DNA from: an archaeon
GTDB lineage: Archaea; Nanobdellota; Nanobdellia; SCGC-AAA011-G17; GW2011-AR20
Assembly (NCBI GenBank): GCA_002688355.1
Contig: NZCT01000024.1
Location: 39,717 to 103,716 of the forward strand
DNA: 64,000 nt
Reading direction: 5' to 3'
The translations under genes were made by a program, and so were the position numbers. Positions 1 through 8,250 of this stretch are shown here, piece after piece. Every line of letters begins with the position of its first letter. Within the stretch, counting starts at the first letter, position 1. The notes under the pieces were generated by a model. It did not search any database, had not been told where the DNA came from, and saw only the letters and a list, made by a program, of their open reading frames with translations.

Positions 1-1763
1 TGATCTCTTACAGGATTAACTCTTAAAATTCTATTATCTTCAGTATATTCAATAATACCTAGATGAAGGTTAGGATTTGTAGTATAACCACTCTTCCCGA
101 TAGATTTACTAATTTCTTCTCCTCTTTTAATTTCAACATCAACAAGATGTCTTACTGTTTTAGGCAAATGGGAATACAAAACAATCACATTATCACTTTT
201 AACTTTAAGATAATGTCCATAACCATTTCGATCATACCCAGCTTGAACACCCCTACCATCAGCTGTAGAAATAATACTACCTCTCCAATTTTTTGTAACT
301 AAATCATGACCTGCGTGATACCTTCTCTCTCTTTTATTTTCTGAAATTAATTGAACTGGATCATCATGCCAACCAATACCTCTTGTAATCCAAAATGAAT
401 TATCAACAGGAACAGTATGAAAATTCTTATAATAATCTTTAACATCCTCAATTCTTTCTTGCAAACCACTAACTAATTCAACATCAGACATTTCAATAAT
501 AGATTCCAAAATCCTAATATTTGGAGAAGAAAAATTTAGTTTGCTATGTTCATTAAAAATAAACCTAGTCGCGTAGTCATAATCTAAATATTTTTTACCA
601 TTAAAAGTAAAACCATAATCAAAATCATCATTTTTTAAAAATAAATCCTCAGCATCTGGAACCCCTATCTTTGACAAATAGTTTTCAATAAAAACAGTTT
701 TAGATTTATTTTTAGATTTTTCAGCAATAGTACTCATGAAATCTTCAACTGGCAAAGCTAATGATGCTGTTAATAAACCTACACTACCAAATATCTTCAA
801 ATCATCAATTAATCCTTTTCTCGGGTAAGGTAACACACTAGGAATTTCTTCTTCAAAACCAATTACCTCATCAAAACTTAATCCTAACTCTCTTTCATTT
901 CTTACTTCTTTAAATTTAGAAATGTAATTTTCAAGTTTATTCTCCTCTAAAAATTTATTTTTAGTTTCATCTTTAGCTGAATAAGAATTTTCATAATAAT
1001 GATCAGTAAACCTTTCTAAATTTTCAAGTTGATCTATTAAGTTATCTAATTTTTCATCTGAAAGATCTTTAGTATCAATATTTTCTAAAATATTTGAAAT
1101 TTGTTCATGTCTATAAGTCCATTTATTTTCCTTAATATCTAATTTTTCACCATGTAAGAAATGCATTATTCTCAAAACATCTGAAGAAATAGAATCAAAT
1201 TCTCCTTTTTGCACAAAACCATCAACATAATCATCAATAATATTTCTTAAACTAAAATATGATTTAGATAAATGCTTTAAACCAAATTCCACATTATTCA
1301 TTACGTCATGAACATCATCTCTTTCAATTTCTTGATTATTTTTCAAGGATTGTTTTTGCTCTTTATCTAAAATTGATTCAGCTCCAAAATGAATTCTTTC
1401 TTCATCTAAATCAAAAAGAGAATTATTAAAATCAACCTCATGATATAATGTATCTTTAAAACCTCTATTAATATTTTCCTCAAACATGCTTATCAAATCT
1501 CTTCTTTCCTTATTAAATTTAAAACCATATAAACCATTAACTTTAGAATTAATTTTCTCTAAAAGACCTTTCAAATTAGAATTTCTTGGTTTTACAGTAT
1601 CTTCATTATAAAATAATCTATCAATACTTGAAGCAATCCAATTTAACTTATTAACAGGTCTCTTATCTACTTGAGCTTTCAATATTCTCTTAATATGATC
1701 ATCTAAACTTGAATCATACTCTTCTAAGTTCAAAGAATCTATACCTCTTTCTAAGATTTGCAT
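1..1763 (-). CDS. M23/LytM-family metallopeptidase, 3' partial. The start codon is at 1763 and the C-terminal peptidase domain runs off the window start.
   Basis: The reverse-strand reading frame is open from the ATG at 1763 to position 1. The C-terminal part reads YHAGHDL (HxxxD) ... YSHL ... NPNLHLGI (HxH), which are the M23 zinc-ligand motifs. It is absent from the ORF track because it has no stop inside the window. Confidence 0.6.
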   Translation of the reverse strand, partial: MQILERGIDSLNLEEYDSSLDDHIKRILKAQVDKRPVNKLNWIASSIDRLFYNEDTVKPRNSNLKGLLEKINSKVNGLYGFKFNKERRDLISMFEENINRGFKDTLYHEVDFNNSLFDLDEERIHFGAESILDKEQKQSLKNNQEIERDDVHDVMNNVEFGLKHLSKSYFSLRNIIDDYVDGFVQKGEFDSISSDVLRIMHFLHGEKLDIKENKWTYRHEQISNILENIDTKDLSDEKLDNLIDQLENLERFTDHYYENSYSAKDETKNKFLEENKLENYISKFKEVRNERELGLSFDEVIGFEEEIPSVLPYPRKGLIDDLKIFGSVGLLTASLALPVEDFMSTIAEKSKNKSKTVFIENYLSKIGVPDAEDLFLKNDDFDYGFTFNGKKYLDYDYATRFIFNEHSKLNFSSPNIRILESIIEMSDVELVSGLQERIEDVKDYYKNFHTVPVDNSFWITRGIGWHDDPVQLISENKRERRYHAGHDLVTKNWRGSIISTADGRGVQAGYDRNGYGHYLKVKSDNVIVLYSHLPKTVRHLVDVEIKRGEEISKSIGKSGYTTNPNLHLGIIEYTEDNRILRVNPVRD

Positions 1764-1852
1764 TTTCTATTAAGAAGTTATACTATTTTTAAGCTTTATC
1801 ATTAAGAATAAGATTTACAAATATTTATAAATAATAACAATATAATACAAAC

Positions 1853-2266
1853 ATGCCAAACGTAAATTTATTAGCAGTCCTAGTTTCTGGAATTATATCT
1901 ATGTTTATTGGTGCTTTATGGTACTCCCCATTATTATTTGGAAAACAGTGGATAAAATTAATGGGTTTTGATGAAAAAGAACTAGAAAAAGCTAAAGCAA
2001 AAGGCATGGGTAAATCATACTTCACAGCTTTCATAGCTACATTATTTACAGCTTATGTAATAGCATTATTTGTAAGTTACGCAAACGCAACTACATTTAC
2101 ACAAGGATTAACAATTGGATTCTGGGCTTGGATAGGTTTCATAGTTCCAGTATTACTAAACTCAGTATTATGGGAAAATAAACCACAAAAATTATACGCA
2201 ATAAACATAGCGAATTATTTAGTTGTCTTCTTACTTATCGGTGGAATATTAGCTGTTTGGTCTTAA
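1853..2266 (+). CDS. DUF1761-like small membrane protein
   Basis: 137 aa with 3-4 predicted TM helices. The N-terminal GALWYSPLLFGKQW motif matches DUF1761 as I remember it. Confidence 0.45.
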   Translation: MPNVNLLAVLVSGIISMFIGALWYSPLLFGKQWIKLMGFDEKELEKAKAKGMGKSYFTAFIATLFTAYVIALFVSYANATTFTQGLTIGFWAWIGFIVPVLLNSVLWENKPQKLYAINIANYLVVFLLIGGILAVWS

Positions 2267-2267
2267 A

Positions 2268-2363
2268 ATGCTAAAAAAAATATTAAATGTTCTAGGAATC
2301 ATAGGAATAATATTAGCAATAATAGGTATTTCCATACTTGTTTACAAAACTTTAATATTATAA
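2268..2363 (+). CDS. possible 31-aa single-TM micro-protein
   Basis: ATG to TAA, reading MLKKILNVLGIIGIILAIIGISILVYKTLIL. It is too short for the ORF track. Confidence 0.2.
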   Translation: MLKKILNVLGIIGIILAIIGISILVYKTLIL

Positions 2364-2367
2364 CAAA

Positions 2368-2535
2368 ATGCTCTTCAGTATTAAAGACATATTAAATGGT
2401 TTAGGATTTGCATTTACTCTTTTCTTATCAATATATGGTTTAACTAGAGGATATGATTTAATAGAACTCCTAATTTATCTTATATATTTTACAACAATAA
2501 TCATAGTCATGTTGATTAATCTATTTGAAGAATAA
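2368..2535 (+). CDS. possible 55-aa two-TM micro-protein
   Basis: ATG to TAA with two hydrophobic helices, lying in a gap that is otherwise non-coding. Confidence 0.2.
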   Translation: MLFSIKDILNGLGFAFTLFLSIYGLTRGYDLIELLIYLIYFTTIIIVMLINLFEE

Positions 2536-2607
2536 TTCCTATTAACACTACTAAACCAGCGAAATCTTTAATAATAACCCATTTCATATTAATTCTGAGG
2601 TGCCTTA

Positions 2608-3231
2608 ATGGTTTTCAACTTACTAAAAAGATTTTTTAACAAATTTTTCAAAAAAAAGAAACACATAAAACTAGGGTTTTACGGTCCTGTTAATTCTGGT
2701 AAATCTAGTCTAGCAAATAGAATATGTAAAGACTGGCTAGGAGAAGAAATGAGTTCTGTTTCTAATATTCCACATGAAACTCGCGACGTCGTTATAAAAG
2801 AAGAGGTTAAAATGGAAAATAACGGAAAAGAACTAAAATTTAACCTAGTAGATACACCTGGAATAGCAACTAAAATTGATTATGAAGATTTCTTAAAATT
2901 TAATATGAAAGAAAAAGAAGCTAAAGAACGTGCTAAGGAAGCAACTAAAGGGGTAATAGAATCTATAAAATGGCTTGAAGACGTAGATGCAGTTCTAGTT
3001 GTTCTAGACTCAGCAAAAAGCCCATATGATCAAGTTAATATTACAATCATAGGAAATTTAGCAGCTAAAGATATCCCAGTATTATTAGTAGGGAATAAGA
3101 TAGATTTAAAAGGTTCAAACCTTAAGAGAATAAATAATGCATTTCCACAATATAAAGTAGTTGGTGTATCTGCATTAGAAGGAAAAAATATGGAGGAATT
3201 TTATACTGAATTGTTTAATTTAACTGACTAA
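2608..3231 (+). CDS. small GTP-binding protein of the TRAFAC/Era-like class
   Basis: G1 GPVNSGKSS, G3 DTPG and G4 GNKIDL motifs. It is the first gene of a tightly packed five-gene operon. Confidence 0.75.
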   Translation: MVFNLLKRFFNKFFKKKKHIKLGFYGPVNSGKSSLANRICKDWLGEEMSSVSNIPHETRDVVIKEEVKMENNGKELKFNLVDTPGIATKIDYEDFLKFNMKEKEAKERAKEATKGVIESIKWLEDVDAVLVVLDSAKSPYDQVNITIIGNLAAKDIPVLLVGNKIDLKGSNLKRINNAFPQYKVVGVSALEGKNMEEFYTELFNLTD

Positions 3232-3232
3232 A

Positions 3233-3616
3233 ATGTTAACCTTACAATTTGTTCCATATTTTGAACTACAAAACTTAGATGTTGATTCTAAAGTAGATAA
3301 GTTATTAGATATAGCTAAGACAAATAAAATAGTTTTAGTAGAAGGAAAGCTAAGACCAGAAGAAGAATCATATTTAATTCAAAAGACCATGATGTCCATA
3401 GATAAAAAATTCAAAGGTGTAGAAATCTGTGGTGTAGATTACAAAAGAAAGAATGAACAATTTATAGATGTTCTAAAAACAAGTTTAGCTAGATTATTAC
3501 TAGGAAACCGCGAAGGTTTTACAATAATAGGTCCAGCTTCCATAGTTAGAGAAATACGTAGAGATCCTAATAAAATAGAATTACTAACTTCTAGTGTGAA
3601 AAAAAGGAGGAAATAA
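3233..3616 (+). CDS. conserved archaeal protein, DUF2073-like
   Basis: 127 aa containing an FTIIGPASIV motif. It lies 1 nt after the GTPase stop. The family assignment is from memory. Confidence 0.45.
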   Translation: MLTLQFVPYFELQNLDVDSKVDKLLDIAKTNKIVLVEGKLRPEEESYLIQKTMMSIDKKFKGVEICGVDYKRKNEQFIDVLKTSLARLLLGNREGFTIIGPASIVREIRRDPNKIELLTSSVKKRRK

Positions 3617-3617
3617 A

Positions 3618-3989
3618 GTGCCACATCAGTGTGTCAAGTGTAGTAAGATTTACGAGAACGTAGCTCAGGAATTATTAAAAGGTTGCACTTGTGGTGGTAA
3701 ATTTTTCTTCTTCGTTAAAGATGTTAACATAGATAAAATAAAAAAATTAAGTTCAACTATTAAAAAAGAAGATAAGGATAAAATAGAGAAAGATGTATTT
3801 GAATTAATTGGAGATCAATATAAAGACAAACCAGTTATTCTAGAATTGGAAAGTATTAGAATTTTAAAACATGGACAATATGAAATTTCCTTAGTTGATT
3901 TATTTTCCGGAAAACCACTAGTTTTCAAAGTTGGAGATGGAAAATATTACATCGATCTAGCTCAAACATTTAACATAGATAACAAATAA
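3618..3989 (+). CDS. Zn-ribbon protein, DUF2072-like
   Basis: GTG start after an AGGAGG Shine-Dalgarno. It contains CVKCSK ... GCTCGGKFFFF, i.e. CxxC...CxC. Confidence 0.5.
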   Translation: MPHQCVKCSKIYENVAQELLKGCTCGGKFFFFVKDVNIDKIKKLSSTIKKEDKDKIEKDVFELIGDQYKDKPVILELESIRILKHGQYEISLVDLFSGKPLVFKVGDGKYYIDLAQTFNIDNK

Positions 3990-3990
3990 A

Positions 3991-4350
3991 ATGGCAGAAG
4001 AAAATTCAACAGTTAAACTCGGCATATATCTTGGTACAAAGATTCATGAAGGTTGGACATATTCTTTCAGAAATACAGAAGAATTAAACAAAATATCAAG
4101 TGCATATTACAAAACTCTTTTCGTAACTGAACATTTAATAGGTTACAGTATTTTAGCAAGCAAATTATTCTTTAATGAATCAGCAAATCTAGGTATAGAA
4201 GATGCAACAACACTTGATGTTATTGCAAGAGATGTTGGATACATAACTAACAAAGTTACTAAAGACAAAAGAAGAAGTCCTGGTTTAGTTGGCACTGGAA
4301 AAGATTTAGTAGATAATTTAAAAAACATAAAAAAATTAAGAAATCAATAG
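3991..4350 (+). CDS. hypothetical protein in the GTPase operon
   Basis: ORF of 119 aa, 1 nt after the previous stop. Confidence 0.4.
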   Translation: MAEENSTVKLGIYLGTKIHEGWTYSFRNTEELNKISSAYYKTLFVTEHLIGYSILASKLFFNESANLGIEDATTLDVIARDVGYITNKVTKDKRRSPGLVGTGKDLVDNLKNIKKLRNQ

Positions 4351-4380
4351 CTTTAAATTTCTATATAACATATAACACAT

Positions 4381-4803
4381 ATGGTAAAAATCCCGAGTAT
4401 ACATTACGTTACTGAAAAACAATATGGTCGCTTACTATATATAGATAAAAGTATATGGCCAAAAGAAATGATAAATGAGTTTACGTTTAACGGAAAAAAT
4501 GGAAGCATATTATATTATCTTGGAAAAGGACCTTTTGAAAAATTAGAGGAAGAAGAGTTCATACTAAACATGACACAAGAACAAATAGAAGAAATTAGTC
4601 ATTATTATGGGATACCGGAAAATTTATTATTAGAATGGGAAAATAATGATAGTGTATTTGATGCTTTTCGCGGATACAAAAAAAGAATCTCAAAGAGAAT
4701 GAAAGAAAAATTCCATGAATTCTACGCAACAGCAAAAATAATTAAAAACAATCCAAAGAATAAATCCAGATTATTAGAAGACGTACTAGATCTAGAAGTT
4801 TAA
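4381..4803 (+). CDS. hypothetical protein
   Basis: ORF of 140 aa; same strand and compact spacing. Confidence 0.4.
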   Translation: MVKIPSIHYVTEKQYGRLLYIDKSIWPKEMINEFTFNGKNGSILYYLGKGPFEKLEEEEFILNMTQEQIEEISHYYGIPENLLLEWENNDSVFDAFRGYKKRISKRMKEKFHEFYATAKIIKNNPKNKSRLLEDVLDLEV

Positions 4804-6665
4804 TTCGTAAAAAATTCTTTAATTAAATCTTGTGGATCATTACTTATTTGCAAATTCATATCTTTAGGAAAACATCTTCTATATTGACTAGATAAATATC
4901 TATCATCTAAGAATATAATAACTCCTCTATCCTCTTCACTTCTTATACATCTTCCAGCATTTTGTAAAGTTTTTATAATAGCAGGATAAATATATCCATA
5001 GTTCCAGCCATCACCATACAATCTATCATAATAGCTAATCAATTCCTTAGTCTCTAGATCTGGTTTAGCAAATGGCAAGCCAACAACCACAACACATTTT
5101 AACAAATCTCCAGGAAAATCAACTCCCTCTCCAAAAGAGCCAGCAGAAACTCCCATTAATACTGCGCCAGAATCTTTATATTCTTTAAATTTCTCTAGTA
5201 ATTCATTTCTCTCTTTCTTATTCATATTTTTTTCTTCTCTAAACACAGTCTTCTTACTCAATAAAGAAAAAGCATCATAAACAGAATCTCTCATAAAGTA
5301 ACTAGGAAAAAATAAAATAGTATTTCCAGGAACATTATTTACTATATTAGCACATTCCCCAGCAATTTTCTTAAACATCTCACTGCTTCGTAAAGTAAAC
5401 TTAGTACTTACTCTTGGCACAATCAAATTTAACCTATTTTCTTTAGGAAATTGATTTTCATATTCTAATAACTCTACATTATCCTTAAAACCTAATAAAT
5501 CTTTATACATATTTAATGGATTTAAAGTTCCTGACATTAATATTAACATAAAACTTTCTTCAATTAAACTTTTTGTAATCAAACTAGGGTCTAAACAAGA
5601 ATAACTTAAAACTAAATTTGGTTTATTTCTATAAAATTCTTTTTTAATAACTCTAACATAACCATCATCTTCTCCTTGCCAATACTCCAAAAAATTTGCA
5701 ATTGAGAACAAAAAACTTTTCTTCTTCTTCTCTAAAATATCATCCACAGCTAATTTTAAATTAACAATTAACTCATCATAATTATCAATCTCATCATAAA
5801 ACTGTTCTTTCTTAATTAAAGATTCATATTCATTTATTGGTAACTCTCTTCCTAAACTATTAAAAATATCTTCTAATTTTTTTATTTCATTAGCTAATTC
5901 TTCATATCCATATCTCTTAGCTTCATTATACGCATATTCAATATTTAAAGAAGATAGTTTAACACTTAATAAGTCTCTACATTTATCTACTAAGTTATGA
6001 GCTTCATCAAAAACTAAAATAGAATTACTTAAGGTTTTATTAACACGTTCTAAAAAATGTTCTCTTACTCCCGGATTTAATAAATGATTATAATCTGCAA
6101 TAATAACTTTAGCTTTCTTCCCAATATCAGAAGAAATTTCATAAGGACAAATCTTTTCATTCTTACTTATAACAGCTAAATCCTCAACATTCAAAAGGTT
6201 TAAATTAACTAATTTTTCACTTAATAATTCTTTCTTAATTCTATTTGTTTTCTCTTTGAAATTATTATAATAATCACAGGTTTTATTCTCACGAACATCT
6301 TTACAATAATCATAAAACTGATTACCATATAAATTATCAATATTAGATTGAGCACACATTAATTTTTTACCAACAAAATCAACAGCAGTTATCTTTACAT
6401 TAAACTTATTCTTAATTAATCTTAAAGTTTCTATAACTATTTTATGTTGACTATGCTTCGGCGTTAAAAAGAATATTGTAACATCTTTGTCTTTTACTTT
6501 ACTCATTAAAGGGCTTAAAATTGATACTGTTTTACCCAATCCAGTTGGTGCATGAGTCAACACACTTTTTTTATTATCAAAAGAACCCAATATACCACTG
6601 ATTAGACTATCTTGATTAGGTCTTATATTATCATAAGGAAAAAATATCTCTTCTTTTTTTAACAT
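4800..6665 (-). CDS. xpd: XPD/Rad3-family ATP-dependent DNA helicase with an FeS domain
   Basis: Walker A APTGLGKT and DEAH-box VFDEAHN. Four cysteines (CAQS...YDYC...CDYY...ICPYE) sit in the FeS-domain position between helicase motifs. Confidence 0.8.
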   Translation of the reverse strand: MLKKEEIFFPYDNIRPNQDSLISGILGSFDNKKSVLTHAPTGLGKTVSILSPLMSKVKDKDVTIFFLTPKHSQHKIVIETLRLIKNKFNVKITAVDFVGKKLMCAQSNIDNLYGNQFYDYCKDVRENKTCDYYNNFKEKTNRIKKELLSEKLVNLNLLNVEDLAVISKNEKICPYEISSDIGKKAKVIIADYNHLLNPGVREHFLERVNKTLSNSILVFDEAHNLVDKCRDLLSVKLSSLNIEYAYNEAKRYGYEELANEIKKLEDIFNSLGRELPINEYESLIKKEQFYDEIDNYDELIVNLKLAVDDILEKKKKSFLFSIANFLEYWQGEDDGYVRVIKKEFYRNKPNLVLSYSCLDPSLITKSLIEESFMLILMSGTLNPLNMYKDLLGFKDNVELLEYENQFPKENRLNLIVPRVSTKFTLRSSEMFKKIAGECANIVNNVPGNTILFFPSYFMRDSVYDAFSLLSKKTVFREEKNMNKKERNELLEKFKEYKDSGAVLMGVSAGSFGEGVDFPGDLLKCVVVVGLPFAKPDLETKELISYYDRLYGDGWNYGYIYPAIIKTLQNAGRCIRSEEDRGVIIFLDDRYLSSQYRRCFPKDMNLQISNDPQDLIKEFFTN

Positions 6666-6687
6666 AAATAAAATAATTAGAATATAT

Positions 6688-6900
6688 TTAAAAATCTTCT
6701 TCTTTAAGTTCTGTAATTTTAATTATTTGATGTAATGTTCCTTTCTTAAGAATTTTATGATTTGGTACCGTAATCTTAATTATCTCTTTTTCTGTATTTT
6801 TCTCAAGTCTAATATGTGAACCCTTTTGCCTTACGACAACAAAACCTTTTTTACGTAAGATCTTAATTAATTCTAATCCAGAAATCTGAGGTAATTTCAT
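6688..6900 (-). CDS. hicA: HicA-family toxin
   Basis: 70 aa with KGSHIRL, a YcfA/HicA-like motif. It overlaps hicB by 4 nt. Confidence 0.7.
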   Translation of the reverse strand: MKLPQISGLELIKILRKKGFVVVRQKGSHIRLEKNTEKEIIKITVPNHKILKKGTLHQIIKITELKEEDF

Positions 6901-7106
6901 AATTTAATAGTTGCAAGCTCACCTTCGTAAACTGTAATTTCATTTTCATCAGTTTCCAAATATAATTCAACAGCTTCTTTAATATTTTTTAGAGCATCTT
7001 CTCTAGTTTCACCTTGAGATATACACCCTGGAAGAGATGGAGCATAAACAGTATATCCCCCTTCTTCTTGTTTTTCTAAAATTACTCTAATTTCCATTTT
7101 AAACAT
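6897..7106 (-). CDS. hicB: HicB-family antitoxin (UPF0150)
   Basis: 69 aa with the GGYTVYAPSLPGCISQGETREDAL motif typical of HicB. Confidence 0.7.
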   Translation of the reverse strand: MFKMEIRVILEKQEEGGYTVYAPSLPGCISQGETREDALKNIKEAVELYLETDENEITVYEGELATIKL

Positions 7107-7209
7107 ATATAATATAAAAATTTTAGTTTAAATATTTATCTAATTTTAAAAGTATTATTAACCTACACTTTAGTTAACTTTATAAGAATGCTCTTAATAT
7201 AAGTATAAA

Positions 7210-7452
7210 ATGTCATATGAAATTGAAATAAATAAATTTAAAGACAGATACACAATTAAAGAACCTGGAAGAATACTTCCAAATGAAAGTTTAAAACATG
7301 CCCTTACATATATATCTACTCTATCTCAAAAAGAATTAGGTAAGGATCCAATATATCATGATCTTTCACCAGATGAAGAAATGACTTTTAATTTTGCTGT
7401 AGATGATGGGAGAAAAAACAAACCATTTGAGCATACAGATGGAGGAATGTAA
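7210..7452 (+). CDS. hypothetical protein
   Basis: ORF of 80 aa. Its stop lies just before the Shine-Dalgarno of the next gene. Confidence 0.3.
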   Translation: MSYEIEINKFKDRYTIKEPGRILPNESLKHALTYISTLSQKELGKDPIYHDLSPDEEMTFNFAVDDGRKNKPFEHTDGGM

Positions 7453-7453
7453 A

Positions 7454-7930
7454 ATGACAACTCAAGTATATCAAGAACCAAATTTAAAAGAAGAAACTCA
7501 AGAACACAAATACATAGATCTTTTCCATAAAAGACCAAGTTTAGAAGAAAATCCACTAGATGAAATGAAGTCAGTAGCTGAAGAGTTAAGTAATTTTTTA
7601 ATTCAACCAGAAAATATTTTATCAAAATATCAAGAAGTAACTTCTAAAAGTATCTTCCCAATTGATTGGAGATTAAGTCATATTGGAGAAGTCCAACCAT
7701 TACATTTCCAATATAAAAATCATTTATCAGAAAAAGAATATAATGAACTTGTACAATCAGATTTTTCCATATTAAAAAATGAACTAATCTATGAAATAGA
7801 AACCAAAAAATCAGTAATAGTAATTCCTGCTATTGAAGTTAATTATACAAGAAAAATTCCAGAAATTATGTTAGTAAGATTACATCACATACCTACTCAG
7901 GAAGAACTTGAAGATATATTAAATCTGTAA
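7454..7930 (+). CDS. hypothetical protein
   Basis: A GGAGG Shine-Dalgarno sits 8 nt before the internal ATG at 7454. The ATG at 7403 given in the track lies inside the previous ORF, so 7454 is the likelier start. Confidence 0.4.
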   Translation: MTTQVYQEPNLKEETQEHKYIDLFHKRPSLEENPLDEMKSVAEELSNFLIQPENILSKYQEVTSKSIFPIDWRLSHIGEVQPLHFQYKNHLSEKEYNELVQSDFSILKNELIYEIETKKSVIVIPAIEVNYTRKIPEIMLVRLHHIPTQEELEDILNL

Positions 7931-7973
7931 CTATCAAAAAACTTTTATAGTGCAATTTCTATTCCATTTCTAT

Positions 7974-8144
7974 GGGGTTGTAGTTTAACCTGGTTAGAAA
8001 AATATAAGTTTTAACCACAATGGGAGGCTCCAAAACATTGGAGCGCTGAGCGCTACGCTATGAAGAAAAAATGAGGTATGAGTTTTACTTTAAACTTTAG
8101 AATGGAGATACCTTTTGATCCAGGTTCAAATCCTGGCAACCCCA
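7974..8144 (+). tRNA. probable intron-containing tRNA gene with about 100 nt of intervening sequence; anticodon not assigned
   Basis: The 5' end is GGGGTTG-TA-GTTTAACCTGGTTAG, an acceptor stem plus D-arm. The 3' end is CCAGG-TTCAAAT-CCTGG-CAACCCC-A, a canonical T-arm, a complementary acceptor stem and a discriminator A. A TTTTATA box lies ~27 nt upstream and a T-run follows the 3' end. The 171-nt span implies one or two introns. Confidence 0.45.
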
Positions 8145-8250
8145 TTTTACAGTAAGCTTTATAAATTTATTCTATATAAACTTTAGAGTAATAATAAACT
8201 TATAATCATTATAAAGTAAATAAATAATTAAACTGGAGGAACTCAAAAAA

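Noticed and set aside
63-302. 79-aa ORF on the + strand
   Set aside because: It is antisense to the well-supported M23 peptidase frame on the - strand, and has a low-complexity composition with no motif.
3991-4350. Roadblock/LC7 (MglB-like) partner of the GTPase
   Set aside because: Size and operon context are suggestive, but I could not recognise a roadblock motif in the sequence. It is left as hypothetical.
7974-8144. A tRNA on the minus strand, or a simple tRNA fragment or att site
   Set aside because: The D-arm-like element (AACCTGGTTAG with G18G19) is 5' and the T-arm (GTTCAAATC) is 3' only on the + strand. The promoter and terminator are correctly placed for the + strand. A fragment cannot be fully excluded.
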